In this document: in pieces, positions 18,201-26,205 of the stretch
Position numbering within the stretch: the stretch's first letter is position 1
Layout of the letters: each line of letters begins with the position of its first letter
Origin: a virus
Lineage: Duplodnaviria; Caudoviricetes
Length of the DNA stretch: 36,357 nt
Direction: 5' to 3' (one strand)
IMG/VR virus record: IMGVR_UViG_3300038988_000262
Location: 1 to 36,357 of that record
Made by a program: the position numbers and the translations under genes
Notes under the pieces: model-generated
Seen by the model: the letters and a program-made list of their open reading frames with translations, nothing else
Told to the model about the DNA's origin: nothing
Database searches by the model: none

Positions 18201-18621
18201 TTGAAATTTCATGTATTAATTTATTTTTAATACATAAAGGTAAAATTTCAGTATCTATTTTATTATTTTCAGTACTACATTTCAATATATTGGTTATATA
18301 TACGTTATCAAAAGTTAGATTAACTTTTTTAAGCATGCTTTCTACTATAGAATGATTTATATTATCTTGAACGCCGAATACTCTATTGCCTCTTCTATTA
18401 TTCGATGGATTTAAGCTAATTATCATTATTTTTGATCTTGGGTAGCCAGTAGATATTACTAATTCTTTATTTACTTCTAATTGAGATAATTTACAATTTT
18501 GACATACTGATGAAGTTATATCATAAATATTATCTAAAGCTTCGTTTATTTCAATATCAAAGTTAAAAGGTTCTATTTCATAAACTTCATTTAAAATGCT
18601 TATTTTTTTTGTTTTGAGCAT
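15271..18621 (-). CDS. dnaE: DNA polymerase III alpha, N-terminal fragment: family-4 UDG-like domain + PHP + polymerase core + N-intein
   Basis: UDG: CQNCKL, YITNILKC, IICLG, YHPSY. PHP: LHVHNEFSIRDG, TNHG, TDSHY. Core: GRGSSAGSLV, LFERFL, PDVDIDF, GRHAAGVV, KFDILGL, GVFQFES, RPGP, YGFNK followed by intein CLY. Confidence 0.95.
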   Translation of the reverse strand: MLKTKKISILNEVYEIEPFNFDIEINEALDNIYDITSSVCQNCKLSQLEVNKELVISTGYPRSKIMIISLNPSNNRRGNRVFGVQDNINHSIVESMLKKVNLTFDNVYITNILKCSTENNKIDTEILPLCIKNKLIHEISIVDPELIICLGETVSNFFGIDFRGNTNVIKNGDYIIAKAYHPSYYARKNGEGAENNFLEFKKIIDEINLKTFVNLHVHNEFSIRDGIGTVDEHVLWALKHKSPAVSLTNHGNISVFFKQYESCKKARIKPIFGVEAYIIDDREKLIPWINSKEEDAVEKRKEFGGTRHHILLLAKNYIGLKNIFKITSKSYIESFYKFPLIDFKLLSENKEGIIVSTACAGGELNKYIAQKEYDKAIEYIEKYKKEFGSDFYIELMSMNYNVQWNLNKDLWNLAKKTNVKTIITTDSHYLYPEDQKVHEAILLLQTKKSYKEEDEDSNENEILEEEILENENEKLWEFTVKDLYLKTYEHILDDWKNKRWFGNDYDNEEEYLEVLTTCLKNTYEVFTKIENFEIDTSIKIPKLYENSAEVLKKKIAFGLKTRKIDKTRLDEYKKRCKLEYDTIVKMNFSEYFLILEDLINWTKNKFGKYSVGDGRGSSAGSLVNYLLNITNVDPIKHDLLFERFLDEGRKDLPDVDIDFAPEIRDEVKKYLVEKYGEDKVATIGNYHVAKVKSSIKDAARIYNIDFSEVNKVTNAIPYFVYVDGKKDTIDNLSYEYIINNFSAVRDFLNKYPDVDKLFKRLRNSIKAIGRHAAGVVVSSVTLYDWIPLIRSKEHIVTANTEGGDYHELTGQGFVKFDILGLNNLSVVNDTVRLIRERYNITIDWDDIDLESPEAYAIARKGDTLGVFQFESNLATKTTIDIQPNSFSDLSAINAVIRPGPLDMGMHKQFAERKRKGDWRNEIHESYADLLKSTYGIILYQEDFMRIFKEIGKFNAIEVNKARKDLVKYERSKKYESARLKRVASWKDKFVQNASLVMPEDIAEKLWNEISAFARYGFNKCLYHDSIVYKKGKNGLIYRKYIKNVKAGEIVLSSTGAQIVKRVYKNGKKQLYKIKTKLGKELICTLDHKIMTSSGKMKSLREILRNKDLIKILPNMD
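15274..15564 (-). mobile_element. Split intein N-fragment (DnaE), 97 aa, basic
   Basis: Starts CLYHDS after YGFNK; block B ICTLDHKI. Confidence 0.88.
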
Positions 18622-18669
18622 TCTATTTATACCTTTATAATACTAAATTCGATTCGATTTAAAAAAATA

Positions 18670-19635
18670 TTATATATCACAACTAGTTGCATTTTTGATA
18701 AAATCAATCGCTTCTTTTAAATTGTTAACACCAACGTATTTTTCTGCTTCGTAAAACGAAAGATCTACTAATCTGTTTAATTCGTTTCTAACAAAAATAT
18801 TGCATACATTTGGTCTTTCTTCTATGTCTACTAAATTATATATATTATCTTCAAGAAAGTAAACTTCTTTCTCGTTGAATCTATCTAAAAAATATTTTTT
18901 TTCTCCTAAATCAGTGAAATGAATCATATCTACCCACTGAATCATTCCGCGGTTGTAAAGCCATTCTACTGTGTACATATAAATGATTGGATAACGCTTT
19001 ACTGGTCGATTGCTTAGAAGTGAAACAATTCCTCTACTATGGCATTCTTGCAATAAATCTCGAGCATTATCAACTGCAGGAATTATCGTTTTATAACCCG
19101 ATAATCGATATTCTTCTTTTAGATTTTGATATTTATCAATATTTTTCTGTTTCCATTGAGTCCAATCATAAAATGTTTCGAATTTTATTCCCGTTTTATG
19201 CGAAAACCAGTTTTTATATGCTTCTGCAGTATTCGCTAGTACTCCATCTATATCGATTATGAACGCATAACGCGAATTTTTAAATTTGTCGCTTTCTAAA
19301 AACAATCTTTGTTTAAATTTTTGATCGATTGTTCTATTTTTCATTTCTATTTTTTGTAAAAGCTCTTCATACGTTATATTATATTCTAGACAAACATTCA
19401 TTGAATATTTTATAATATCGACTACAGCATCAACAGCTTCTATTTTTTGATGTAAAATCGAATTAGTTTTTCTTTCTTTAGACGGATCCCAATCTAAAGT
19501 GTTAAATATATCTATAACGTTTTTATTTATGCCTATACAATAATCTTTTATTCTATCAATATGAGTTTTATTTTTATATTCGATTTCGTTTATTTTATCA
19601 AAAAATAACTTTTGTTTTTCGTATATTTTTTTCAT
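18670..19635 (-). CDS. Fusion of dimeric dUTPase/dCTPase-like all-alpha domain and HAD 5'-nucleotidase-like domain
   Basis: N-terminal LDW...VVDIIKY...ITYEELLQKIEMKN pattern. C-terminal IIDIDGVL, LSNR, TVEWL, FLEDN. Confidence 0.65.
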   Translation of the reverse strand: MKKIYEKQKLFFDKINEIEYKNKTHIDRIKDYCIGINKNVIDIFNTLDWDPSKERKTNSILHQKIEAVDAVVDIIKYSMNVCLEYNITYEELLQKIEMKNRTIDQKFKQRLFLESDKFKNSRYAFIIDIDGVLANTAEAYKNWFSHKTGIKFETFYDWTQWKQKNIDKYQNLKEEYRLSGYKTIIPAVDNARDLLQECHSRGIVSLLSNRPVKRYPIIYMYTVEWLYNRGMIQWVDMIHFTDLGEKKYFLDRFNEKEVYFLEDNIYNLVDIEERPNVCNIFVRNELNRLVDLSFYEAEKYVGVNNLKEAIDFIKNATSCDI

Positions 19636-19662
19636 TTTTGTATACTTAAATTATTTTATTTA

Positions 19663-20607
19663 TTAATTTTTTTTAAATTTTCTAGTATAGTTGTATGCCC
19701 ATTTTATTACGTCTTCCGTTTTGATCGAATGATTCATTTGCGCATATCTACCTACTAATTTAATATTTGCAATTTCTTTCAAATTTAAGCTATTTGTTAT
19801 TTGCGTATTAAGTGTTTTTTTATCTATTATATCATACTTACATTCTTTTTCAAACTCTTTTTCATTTCTAGTTTCGTAAACCCATTTTTTTAATTCGGGT
19901 ATATACGTTTTTCTATGCCATATATCTGATACGCTATAAATATAATCAAAAGGACTTTTTTCTCTATCATCTACTAAAAAGAATGAAATACTTTCTGGTT
20001 TAGCGCTTATATTTATGGACATAGACGAATTCGACATTATTTTTAATAACGAATTTAGAGGAATGGTCGATATTATATTGTTAGAATAATAAATATTTTT
20101 ATCAGTATTAATTTTTTTAAACGAAATATTAATTACGTTTTCTATCGAAATAGAATTATTTTTTGATTTTTCAGCTATTTTTAAACATCTATTTACTAAT
20201 GATTTTCCGAGAGCCGTTTGAGACGTAGTAAATGCTGTGAAATTTGATTTTCCGCCACCGCTTAAAAAACTGCTTTCTATATTTTTAGTATTTCTTGATT
20301 TTATGCAATATAATTCTTTAAATTCTTCAGTAGGGTAATTTCTTATTTCTGAACCCGTTTTATAACCGATAAAAATTTCTTTAGTTTTAACGTCAAAACC
20401 TAAGCGTTTTAATAATATTTCTGTATCTTTGTTGTAGTGTAAATATCTTGGTCCTAAAGGAAATTTGCTACTTATTTGTCCTCCAATATCGTTAGTCAAG
20501 ATAATATTCGTAGTTTTGGCATCTTCTGCTAAATAATAAAATATTATTAAACCTGCGATTCCACTGCCTAATATAATGTTGTCATAATTAGGATTATTTT
20601 TTCCCAT
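19663..20607 (-). CDS. FAD-dependent oxidoreductase (UDP-galactopyranose mutase / amine oxidase-like fold)
   Basis: IILGSGIAGL, IGGQ, GPRYLH, IISTIPL, LVGRYAQMNH. Start ATG 20607 with AGGAG SD. Confidence 0.7.
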   Translation of the reverse strand: MGKNNPNYDNIILGSGIAGLIIFYYLAEDAKTTNIILTNDIGGQISSKFPLGPRYLHYNKDTEILLKRLGFDVKTKEIFIGYKTGSEIRNYPTEEFKELYCIKSRNTKNIESSFLSGGGKSNFTAFTTSQTALGKSLVNRCLKIAEKSKNNSISIENVINISFKKINTDKNIYYSNNIISTIPLNSLLKIMSNSSMSINISAKPESISFFLVDDREKSPFDYIYSVSDIWHRKTYIPELKKWVYETRNEKEFEKECKYDIIDKKTLNTQITNSLNLKEIANIKLVGRYAQMNHSIKTEDVIKWAYNYTRKFKKN

Positions 20608-20890
20608 TTTGTCTCCTGCTGTAAAAATCATTTATATCTTTTATCATATCGTCTACTGTCCAGTTTTCATAAGAATCTTCAGGACAGCTAAAGGAATTTC
20701 TAAAAAAAGCACAGAATGCTTCTTGTATTTCGCTTAGACTTGACTCTGCTTCAGAATATGGAACAAGCTGACTGAAATGTAATTCGTAGTTAGCGTACCA
20801 TTCATATGGGTGATAGAGCCCACAAGCAACTCCCATTTGCGCTACCCATATAAAGAGCGCTTTTTGCTTTTCAGTCATTTCTTTAGTCAT
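20594..20890 (-). CDS. Hypothetical protein
   Basis: Probable start MTKEM at 20890 with GAGG SD immediately after the upstream stop. Confidence 0.6.
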   Translation of the reverse strand: MTKEMTEKQKALFIWVAQMGVACGLYHPYEWYANYELHFSQLVPYSEAESSLSEIQEAFCAFFRNSFSCPEDSYENWTVDDMIKDINDFYSRRQNGKK

Positions 20891-20891
20891 A

Positions 20892-21941
20892 TTATTTCCT
20901 CGCATCAAAGATTTCTTCGTCGACTCTCTGAACTCGTTGTTCGTTTTTATCTTCAAAAAGAATGCGATCTTCAAACGCTAATTTATCAAAATCATTTTCG
21001 GTGTATCGAATCCATTCATCAGGCTTTGGTAAAACGAATCCATGTGCTTCTAGTTCTTCATAGCTTGAACAAGTCGTATTGAATTCAGAATACTTTTCTT
21101 TAGTTGGCCATCTTCCGCAACAAGCGAATAATGAACTAAATAACTTTGTCATACCTTCTGGACCTTCGTGATAGACACATCGTTTTACATTATCGCATAA
21201 TGGTCTTAGATAATTTGCTAACAACGGGAATTTTCTTCCAACAAGTTCTCTCAAAGCGATATGCAAAGCAACAATTGATGATTCTTCACAAGCCATTAGA
21301 CGTCTTGCGCACTGTCCTTTTAGAGCTAAATAATTCTGAGTAAATACGTATGAATGATTCGTGCTCATCGGTAGAAATACTCTGCCACTTTGCCACGAAC
21401 CTTCTCCAACCGAAATAGTTTCCTTGTATAGATCTTTTGTCATCTTTATCCATTGTTCGACTCGTTCTCTGTATTCCGGATCTGATTCAATGCGTCTAAC
21501 GACGTCTGGATAAAATAAGAAATCTGCGTCAAGCTTGTTATTATCTCTTGTGCCAATCGAGGCGAAAGCTGTTCCAAGTCGTACTCTAGCGTGTTGGTCA
21601 AAAGTGTGACGTGGTGTTCCATTGACTTCAAAAGTAAACTGTACTGCTTCTGTTGCTTGTGGTAAAGTGTTTCCCGTGAGGACAGCGAGTACGATTCTAT
21701 ATCGGTTTTCAGGCGTAAGCTTGTCCCACTTTCCAGTAGATCCTGTTTCATTGTCACCCCACGTTGCTGCTGCCATTGCAACAATAGATTTATATGGATT
21801 TTTTGGATATTCGACCATTCTAACATAGAGCGATTCTAATGAATTTTTCCATGAATAGGTTATTTTGGGTGCTTGTGAGGGTAAAGTTCCCATAGCCTCA
21901 CGCATATTGTCGATGCTTTTTTTATAATCACTATCGCTCAT
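20892..21941 (-). CDS. Divergent ThyX-fold flavoprotein
   Basis: EAVQFTFEVNGTPRHTFDQHARVR, GRVFLP, NYLAL...RRL align with ThyX, but RHRxxSxxxxSxR is replaced by RVRLGTAFASIGTR. Cys-rich C-terminal extension. GGAGG SD. Confidence 0.7.
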   Translation of the reverse strand: MSDSDYKKSIDNMREAMGTLPSQAPKITYSWKNSLESLYVRMVEYPKNPYKSIVAMAAATWGDNETGSTGKWDKLTPENRYRIVLAVLTGNTLPQATEAVQFTFEVNGTPRHTFDQHARVRLGTAFASIGTRDNNKLDADFLFYPDVVRRIESDPEYRERVEQWIKMTKDLYKETISVGEGSWQSGRVFLPMSTNHSYVFTQNYLALKGQCARRLMACEESSIVALHIALRELVGRKFPLLANYLRPLCDNVKRCVYHEGPEGMTKLFSSLFACCGRWPTKEKYSEFNTTCSSYEELEAHGFVLPKPDEWIRYTENDFDKLAFEDRILFEDKNEQRVQRVDEEIFDARK

Positions 21942-22000
21942 CTGTTCCTCCAGTATTGTTTAGTTTTTCTTCGCAATGCTTCAAAATATTTAGTCTTTCT

Positions 22001-22654
22001 TCAATTTATCTTTTGATATTTTACAATAATTTCTGCGACTTGCTCTTTTGAAACGCTTGACGTGTCAATTATATTTGAATTTAGTTTATATTGGTTTATT
22101 AGATTAATATACTTAGCTTCGATTGCTCGTTGCATTTTCATTTTTTCTTCAATAGTTTCGGGTTCGGGAACAAATCCTCTTGAATTACGAATCCCATACG
22201 TTTTAGTTGCGTCTTTTTTAAGGCGTTCGATAATACGATTCTTAAGTACTTCGTCATCCTTTACAATTAACAAATGAATTACGTAATCAAAATTTTTCAT
22301 TAGAGTATTTATAAATTCTTCGTACATTTTAAGATCTACTAGTTCATTATATACCATTTCTGATATGAATGACCTATCGAGAAGTATTTTTTTATTTTTT
22401 ACCGACTCTAAATATCTTAAACATACTAAATGCGAAATTTGATAAACAATATCGCGATGAATGTGAGATATCATTTGCTTTTTAGTAGAATATTCAATTC
22501 CAACTTTTTCTGGAACAAAAAATGAAAAGTAATAGTATTGACTATCATTAAAGCGAGGATGCGAAAACGTTAGAAAAGAATCGTCTTTTTTGAGAATTTC
22601 TAAAGTTGATGTTTTACCTACAAAATTACTTCCCTCTAAAATCGTTAAAGGCAT
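22001..22654 (-). CDS. dNMP/thymidylate kinase-like protein
   Basis: ILEGSNFVGKTS P-loop; LLDRSFISEMVY. Confidence 0.75.
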   Translation of the reverse strand: MPLTILEGSNFVGKTSTLEILKKDDSFLTFSHPRFNDSQYYYFSFFVPEKVGIEYSTKKQMISHIHRDIVYQISHLVCLRYLESVKNKKILLDRSFISEMVYNELVDLKMYEEFINTLMKNFDYVIHLLIVKDDEVLKNRIIERLKKDATKTYGIRNSRGFVPEPETIEEKMKMQRAIEAKYINLINQYKLNSNIIDTSSVSKEQVAEIIVKYQKIN

Positions 22655-22682
22655 GCTTTACTCCTATTTTGAATCGTTTTAT

Positions 22683-23162
22683 TTAATCGATATTTACATA
22701 GAAAAAATCGACTCCCGCTTCTATAAACAAATTTTCAGCTAATTCTATTTGTTCTTTCCATCTTTCAATAAAATCACTAGCAATTTTAGGCGAAACAACT
22801 TTAATAATACCCGATTGTATTATATGAACTGCGCATCGTTCACATGATTGCCCTGGCCAATTGTATAAAGTATAGCCATCTAGTCTTTCTCTAGCTGATA
22901 AAATAGCATTCATTTCAGCATGAATAGTTCTTTTATATTTTTCTTCTCTATTATTTAAAAGCGATTCGTCATCTTTAACAGTTCTGGGAAATCCATTATA
23001 ACCCATAGAAGCTATCGTACCATCTTGTCTTACTATAACGCAACCAGTTTTTGTTGACGGATCTTTTGACCAATTTGATATATATTTTGCTAAATAAATA
23101 TATTTTAAGATTTTATCAGAAACTAGTTTTTGATTACATTCATTATAAAACGATTTAGACAT
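22683..23162 (-). CDS. dCMP deaminase
   Basis: SKDPSTKTGCVIV, GYNGFP, HAEMNAI, SCERC. Confidence 0.92.
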   Translation of the reverse strand: MSKSFYNECNQKLVSDKILKYIYLAKYISNWSKDPSTKTGCVIVRQDGTIASMGYNGFPRTVKDDESLLNNREEKYKRTIHAEMNAILSARERLDGYTLYNWPGQSCERCAVHIIQSGIIKVVSPKIASDFIERWKEQIELAENLFIEAGVDFFYVNID

Positions 23163-23177
23163 TTCAACTATATTCCT

Positions 23178-23840
23178 TTACTTAAACTTAATATCGTTAA
23201 AAACATTTGGCGCTATTTCAGATATTAATTGCAACATTATTTTAGCCATTTTGCGAATTTCCCATTGCGATTGTGAACTATTAGCTCGTAATTTAAAAAA
23301 ATGTCGCAGTTCTCTAAAGTTCATCGTCATTATGATTTCAGTTTCGCATGCGTTAGGTAGTACAAAACGTGCGTCTTCACTCTTAATTCCTAATTTTAAA
23401 AGTTCATTATATGCGTTCCAAGCATTGTACATTGCTTCAATAAAGATAGATTTGGCAGCATTCGTCTTTATTAAATCACCAGTTTCTACATTGACAATGT
23501 TGTTATTGTTAGGTAACCGAACTTCTTCGAAGTTCTTTATACTTGGAGGTGTGACATATCGTTGTTCTGTTTCCTTTACATATCTTTGACTTCTTTGAGA
23601 ATACGACGCTATACGATGTCTAACAAGTTGATGAGTAAGAGCTCTAGATACTTCAGAAACAAAAAATGTCGCATTAGCATGTTCTAATACGCTTTCATGG
23701 CCGCTTTTAATTATGTGATCAATTATTTTAATAGTACTTTCAGGCGGATTTATTTTATCAAACGAATCATAACATATTCTTGCACTTTTTTCTATTAATA
23801 ATTCGGGCTCAGGAGTATATGCAATAAGTTCTACTTTCAT
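23178..23840 (-). CDS. thyX: Flavin-dependent thymidylate synthase
   Basis: GHESVLEH, VSRALTHQLVRHRIASYSQRSQRY, EDARFVLP, NFRELRHF, QWEIR. Confidence 0.97.
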   Translation of the reverse strand: MKVELIAYTPEPELLIEKSARICYDSFDKINPPESTIKIIDHIIKSGHESVLEHANATFFVSEVSRALTHQLVRHRIASYSQRSQRYVKETEQRYVTPPSIKNFEEVRLPNNNNIVNVETGDLIKTNAAKSIFIEAMYNAWNAYNELLKLGIKSEDARFVLPNACETEIIMTMNFRELRHFFKLRANSSQSQWEIRKMAKIMLQLISEIAPNVFNDIKFK

Positions 23841-23866
23841 TTTTCTTTTCCTCTTTTATTCAAATT

Positions 23867-25432
23867 TTAAATAGAACACGCTGATCCAATTGGAGATGTC
23901 CCGCATACATTGCAAATATAACATTTTCCATCTTTAACTAAAGAATTAATTGCTCCACAGTTTGCGCAGATTTGTTTTTCGTCGTTATTAGAATCAGAAA
24001 TATCAACATCGTCTTCTTCAATTGAATCGTCTTTTATTAGACCTAATTCGATTAAGCAATCGTAAATACATTCTTTTATTGCTGATAGAAAATGACAATA
24101 TTTAGATCCTTTATAAAAGAATTTTTCGTCGATTTCGACATAGTCCATATCTTCTAATTCTTGTAATAGCTCTAATATTCCTTCCAAAGTTTTTTCTTTA
24201 GTAAACATTATCGAAAGTAATCTACAATATGGCAATATTTGCTTATAAAAATCTATATCTCTTGTATCGACGAAGACTTGAGTTATGCTATTTTTGTGAT
24301 AAGTTACGTGAACGTATATTGATGGTAATCCTGACGATCTCTTTATTTGATACGTAAAACTCTTTTTTCTAAAAGAGTCTTCTTTTACATCTGGAAAATC
24401 GTCACTATCTGTTAAGATAGATTGTATAGTTCCTTCTCTAAAAGTTGTCATTCCTTTTATATAGGATTCCTTAGTAATAACATCAAACATGAATTTTTTA
24501 AAATTTTCAAATTCAGTATTTTCTGGGAAATTTATTGTTTTAGATATACTATTATCAACGTATTGTTGTATTTTGTTTTGCATTTTCAAATGTCCCATCA
24601 ACGATACGTCTTTAGCTGTCTGAAAAAACTCTGGTTTTTCGCCCATAATCTTATCGAAACCATGCACTTTATAATATTTATATGCATAATCTAACAATTC
24701 AAACGTTCGATTTAGCGAACCACTTTCGTCTCTCATTTTTCTTTTCTGTTTTAAAGAAAAGATAGGTTCTATACCACTAGATACATTGTTTAATAAAAGT
24801 GATATAGTTCCAGCCGGTTGGCATGTTAATATTGAAACATTTCGTATTCCAAATTTTTCTATATCGTTTTTGATTTTGTCGGGTAAAGTCTGTATAAACT
24901 TTGATTGCATAAATTTTTCTTTATCGTATTTTGGAAAAGGACCTTTTATTTTTGATAATTCTATAGAAGCTTCATACGCTGTATTTCGTATTAGTTGCAT
25001 TAAATTATCGACATATGTTATTGCTTCTTCAGAATCATATTTTATCTTTAACATAGCTAACATATCAGCTAAACCAGTAATTCCTAAACCGATTCGTCTA
25101 TCTTGAAAAGCTATTTTTTCATTTTGTTTTAGCGGATAATAAGCTACATCTATAACAGTATCTAGCATAAAAACTATAGTTTTAATCGTGTTTTTTAAGC
25201 TGTCTATATCGACTTCTTGATTTATGAAAGGATTTTTTACAAATGTCGGAAGTATAAGCATGCCCAAATCGCATGATCCATAGTCCGGAAGAGGAATTTC
25301 CCCACAATTGTGAACTAAAGTCTTATTCGCAAAAAAATTATGATTTTTGGACGTAGTTATATCGAAAACGTCTTCATTTTTTACTACTGTAATCGATTTA
25401 ATTCTTTTTTTGATAATCGTAATTTTTTCCAT
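23867..25432 (-). CDS. nrdJ: Class II (B12) ribonucleotide reductase, C-terminal fragment with N-terminal C-intein
   Basis: C-intein ...VFDITT..NHNFFAN..LVHN, then CGEIPL, CDLG, RRIGLGITG, QPAGTISLL, SSGIEP, ISKTIN, KGMTTFR, C-terminal Zn ribbon. Confidence 0.92.
   Translation of the reverse strand: MEKITIIKKRIKSITVVKNEDVFDITTSKNHNFFANKTLVHNCGEIPLPDYGSCDLGMLILPTFVKNPFINQEVDIDSLKNTIKTIVFMLDTVIDVAYYPLKQNEKIAFQDRRIGLGITGLADMLAMLKIKYDSEEAITYVDNLMQLIRNTAYEASIELSKIKGPFPKYDKEKFMQSKFIQTLPDKIKNDIEKFGIRNVSILTCQPAGTISLLLNNVSSGIEPIFSLKQKRKMRDESGSLNRTFELLDYAYKYYKVHGFDKIMGEKPEFFQTAKDVSLMGHLKMQNKIQQYVDNSISKTINFPENTEFENFKKFMFDVITKESYIKGMTTFREGTIQSILTDSDDFPDVKEDSFRKKSFTYQIKRSSGLPSIYVHVTYHKNSITQVFVDTRDIDFYKQILPYCRLLSIMFTKEKTLEGILELLQELEDMDYVEIDEKFFYKGSKYCHFLSAIKECIYDCLIELGLIKDDSIEEDDVDISDSNNDEKQICANCGAINSLVKDGKCYICNVCGTSPIGSACSI
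25307..25432 (-). mobile_element. Split intein C-fragment (NrdJ), 42 aa, basic
   Basis: Blocks F/G ending HN. The +1 Cys is the RNR thiyl-radical cysteine (NP|CGE). Confidence 0.9.
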
Positions 25433-26151
25433 TCTTGTAAGTCCTTTTTATAACTATCTGTATAATTTTTAATATCGTCTACTACTATTATGTCAATATC
25501 TTTTAATATTTTACTTAATAGTTTTGTTTTGTATAATCTATTTTTAAAATATCCTTTTACCTCTATTATTTTAGACAATCTACCATTTTCGTCATATATA
25601 AAAAAATCGGGCCTATAGTATTCTTTATCGCTGAGTTTGTAAAATTTTTCTTCTATTTTCCAACAAATGTTATTTTTGTCCAACCATTTAGCGAAAACAT
25701 ACTCCCAACTACTTCTAAGCCATACATATTGATTTTTTGAAGTTTTATAATATCCTTGTAATCCTCTAGAGTTCTTATGCATTGCCTTTTTATTGTTGGG
25801 CCAATTAAACCAAGGATTTTTTTCTCCTGATACTCGATCACTTTTAAATTTTATAGTTATTTGAGTTTGTACATCTAAACCTTTTCTAGTTTTTAACTTA
25901 AAATAATTTATTAATAAACACCGACAGTCAGAATAGCTTATTTCAAGACTTCTTGCTATAGACTTAAAACCGTATCCTTCTAAATATTTTCTTTCAATTT
26001 CCTCTTTTATTTCGGACTTGAGTATAACATTTTCCACAGCCCATCTTCTTTTATTAAGAGGGAAGCTTTTTATTTTTTTATGCCATTCTTTAAAACTTTC
26101 TAGTAATTCTTTGTCAAAATCAACTTTTAGCGTAGTGTTCCAGGGATTCAT
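25384..26151 (-). CDS. Free-standing putative homing endonuclease, PD-(D/E)xK type
   Basis: RSSWEYVFAKWLD, YRPDFFI, IEVKG; GEKNPWF NUMOD3-like motif; HTH-like segment. Lies between the NrdJ halves. GGAGG SD. Confidence 0.8.
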   Translation of the reverse strand: MNPWNTTLKVDFDKELLESFKEWHKKIKSFPLNKRRWAVENVILKSEIKEEIERKYLEGYGFKSIARSLEISYSDCRCLLINYFKLKTRKGLDVQTQITIKFKSDRVSGEKNPWFNWPNNKKAMHKNSRGLQGYYKTSKNQYVWLRSSWEYVFAKWLDKNNICWKIEEKFYKLSDKEYYRPDFFIYDENGRLSKIIEVKGYFKNRLYKTKLLSKILKDIDIIVVDDIKNYTDSYKKDLQEWKKLRLSKKELNRLQ

Positions 26152-26205
26152 AATTTACACCTCCAACAGTATAAATTACAGATCCCTGTGACATGACATT
26201 TTACG

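Noticed and set aside
21446-21826. Alternative-frame - strand ORFs inside the ThyX-like gene (and 25653-25841 inside the endonuclease)
   Set aside because: Fully nested in better-supported genes, with no motifs or convincing SD.
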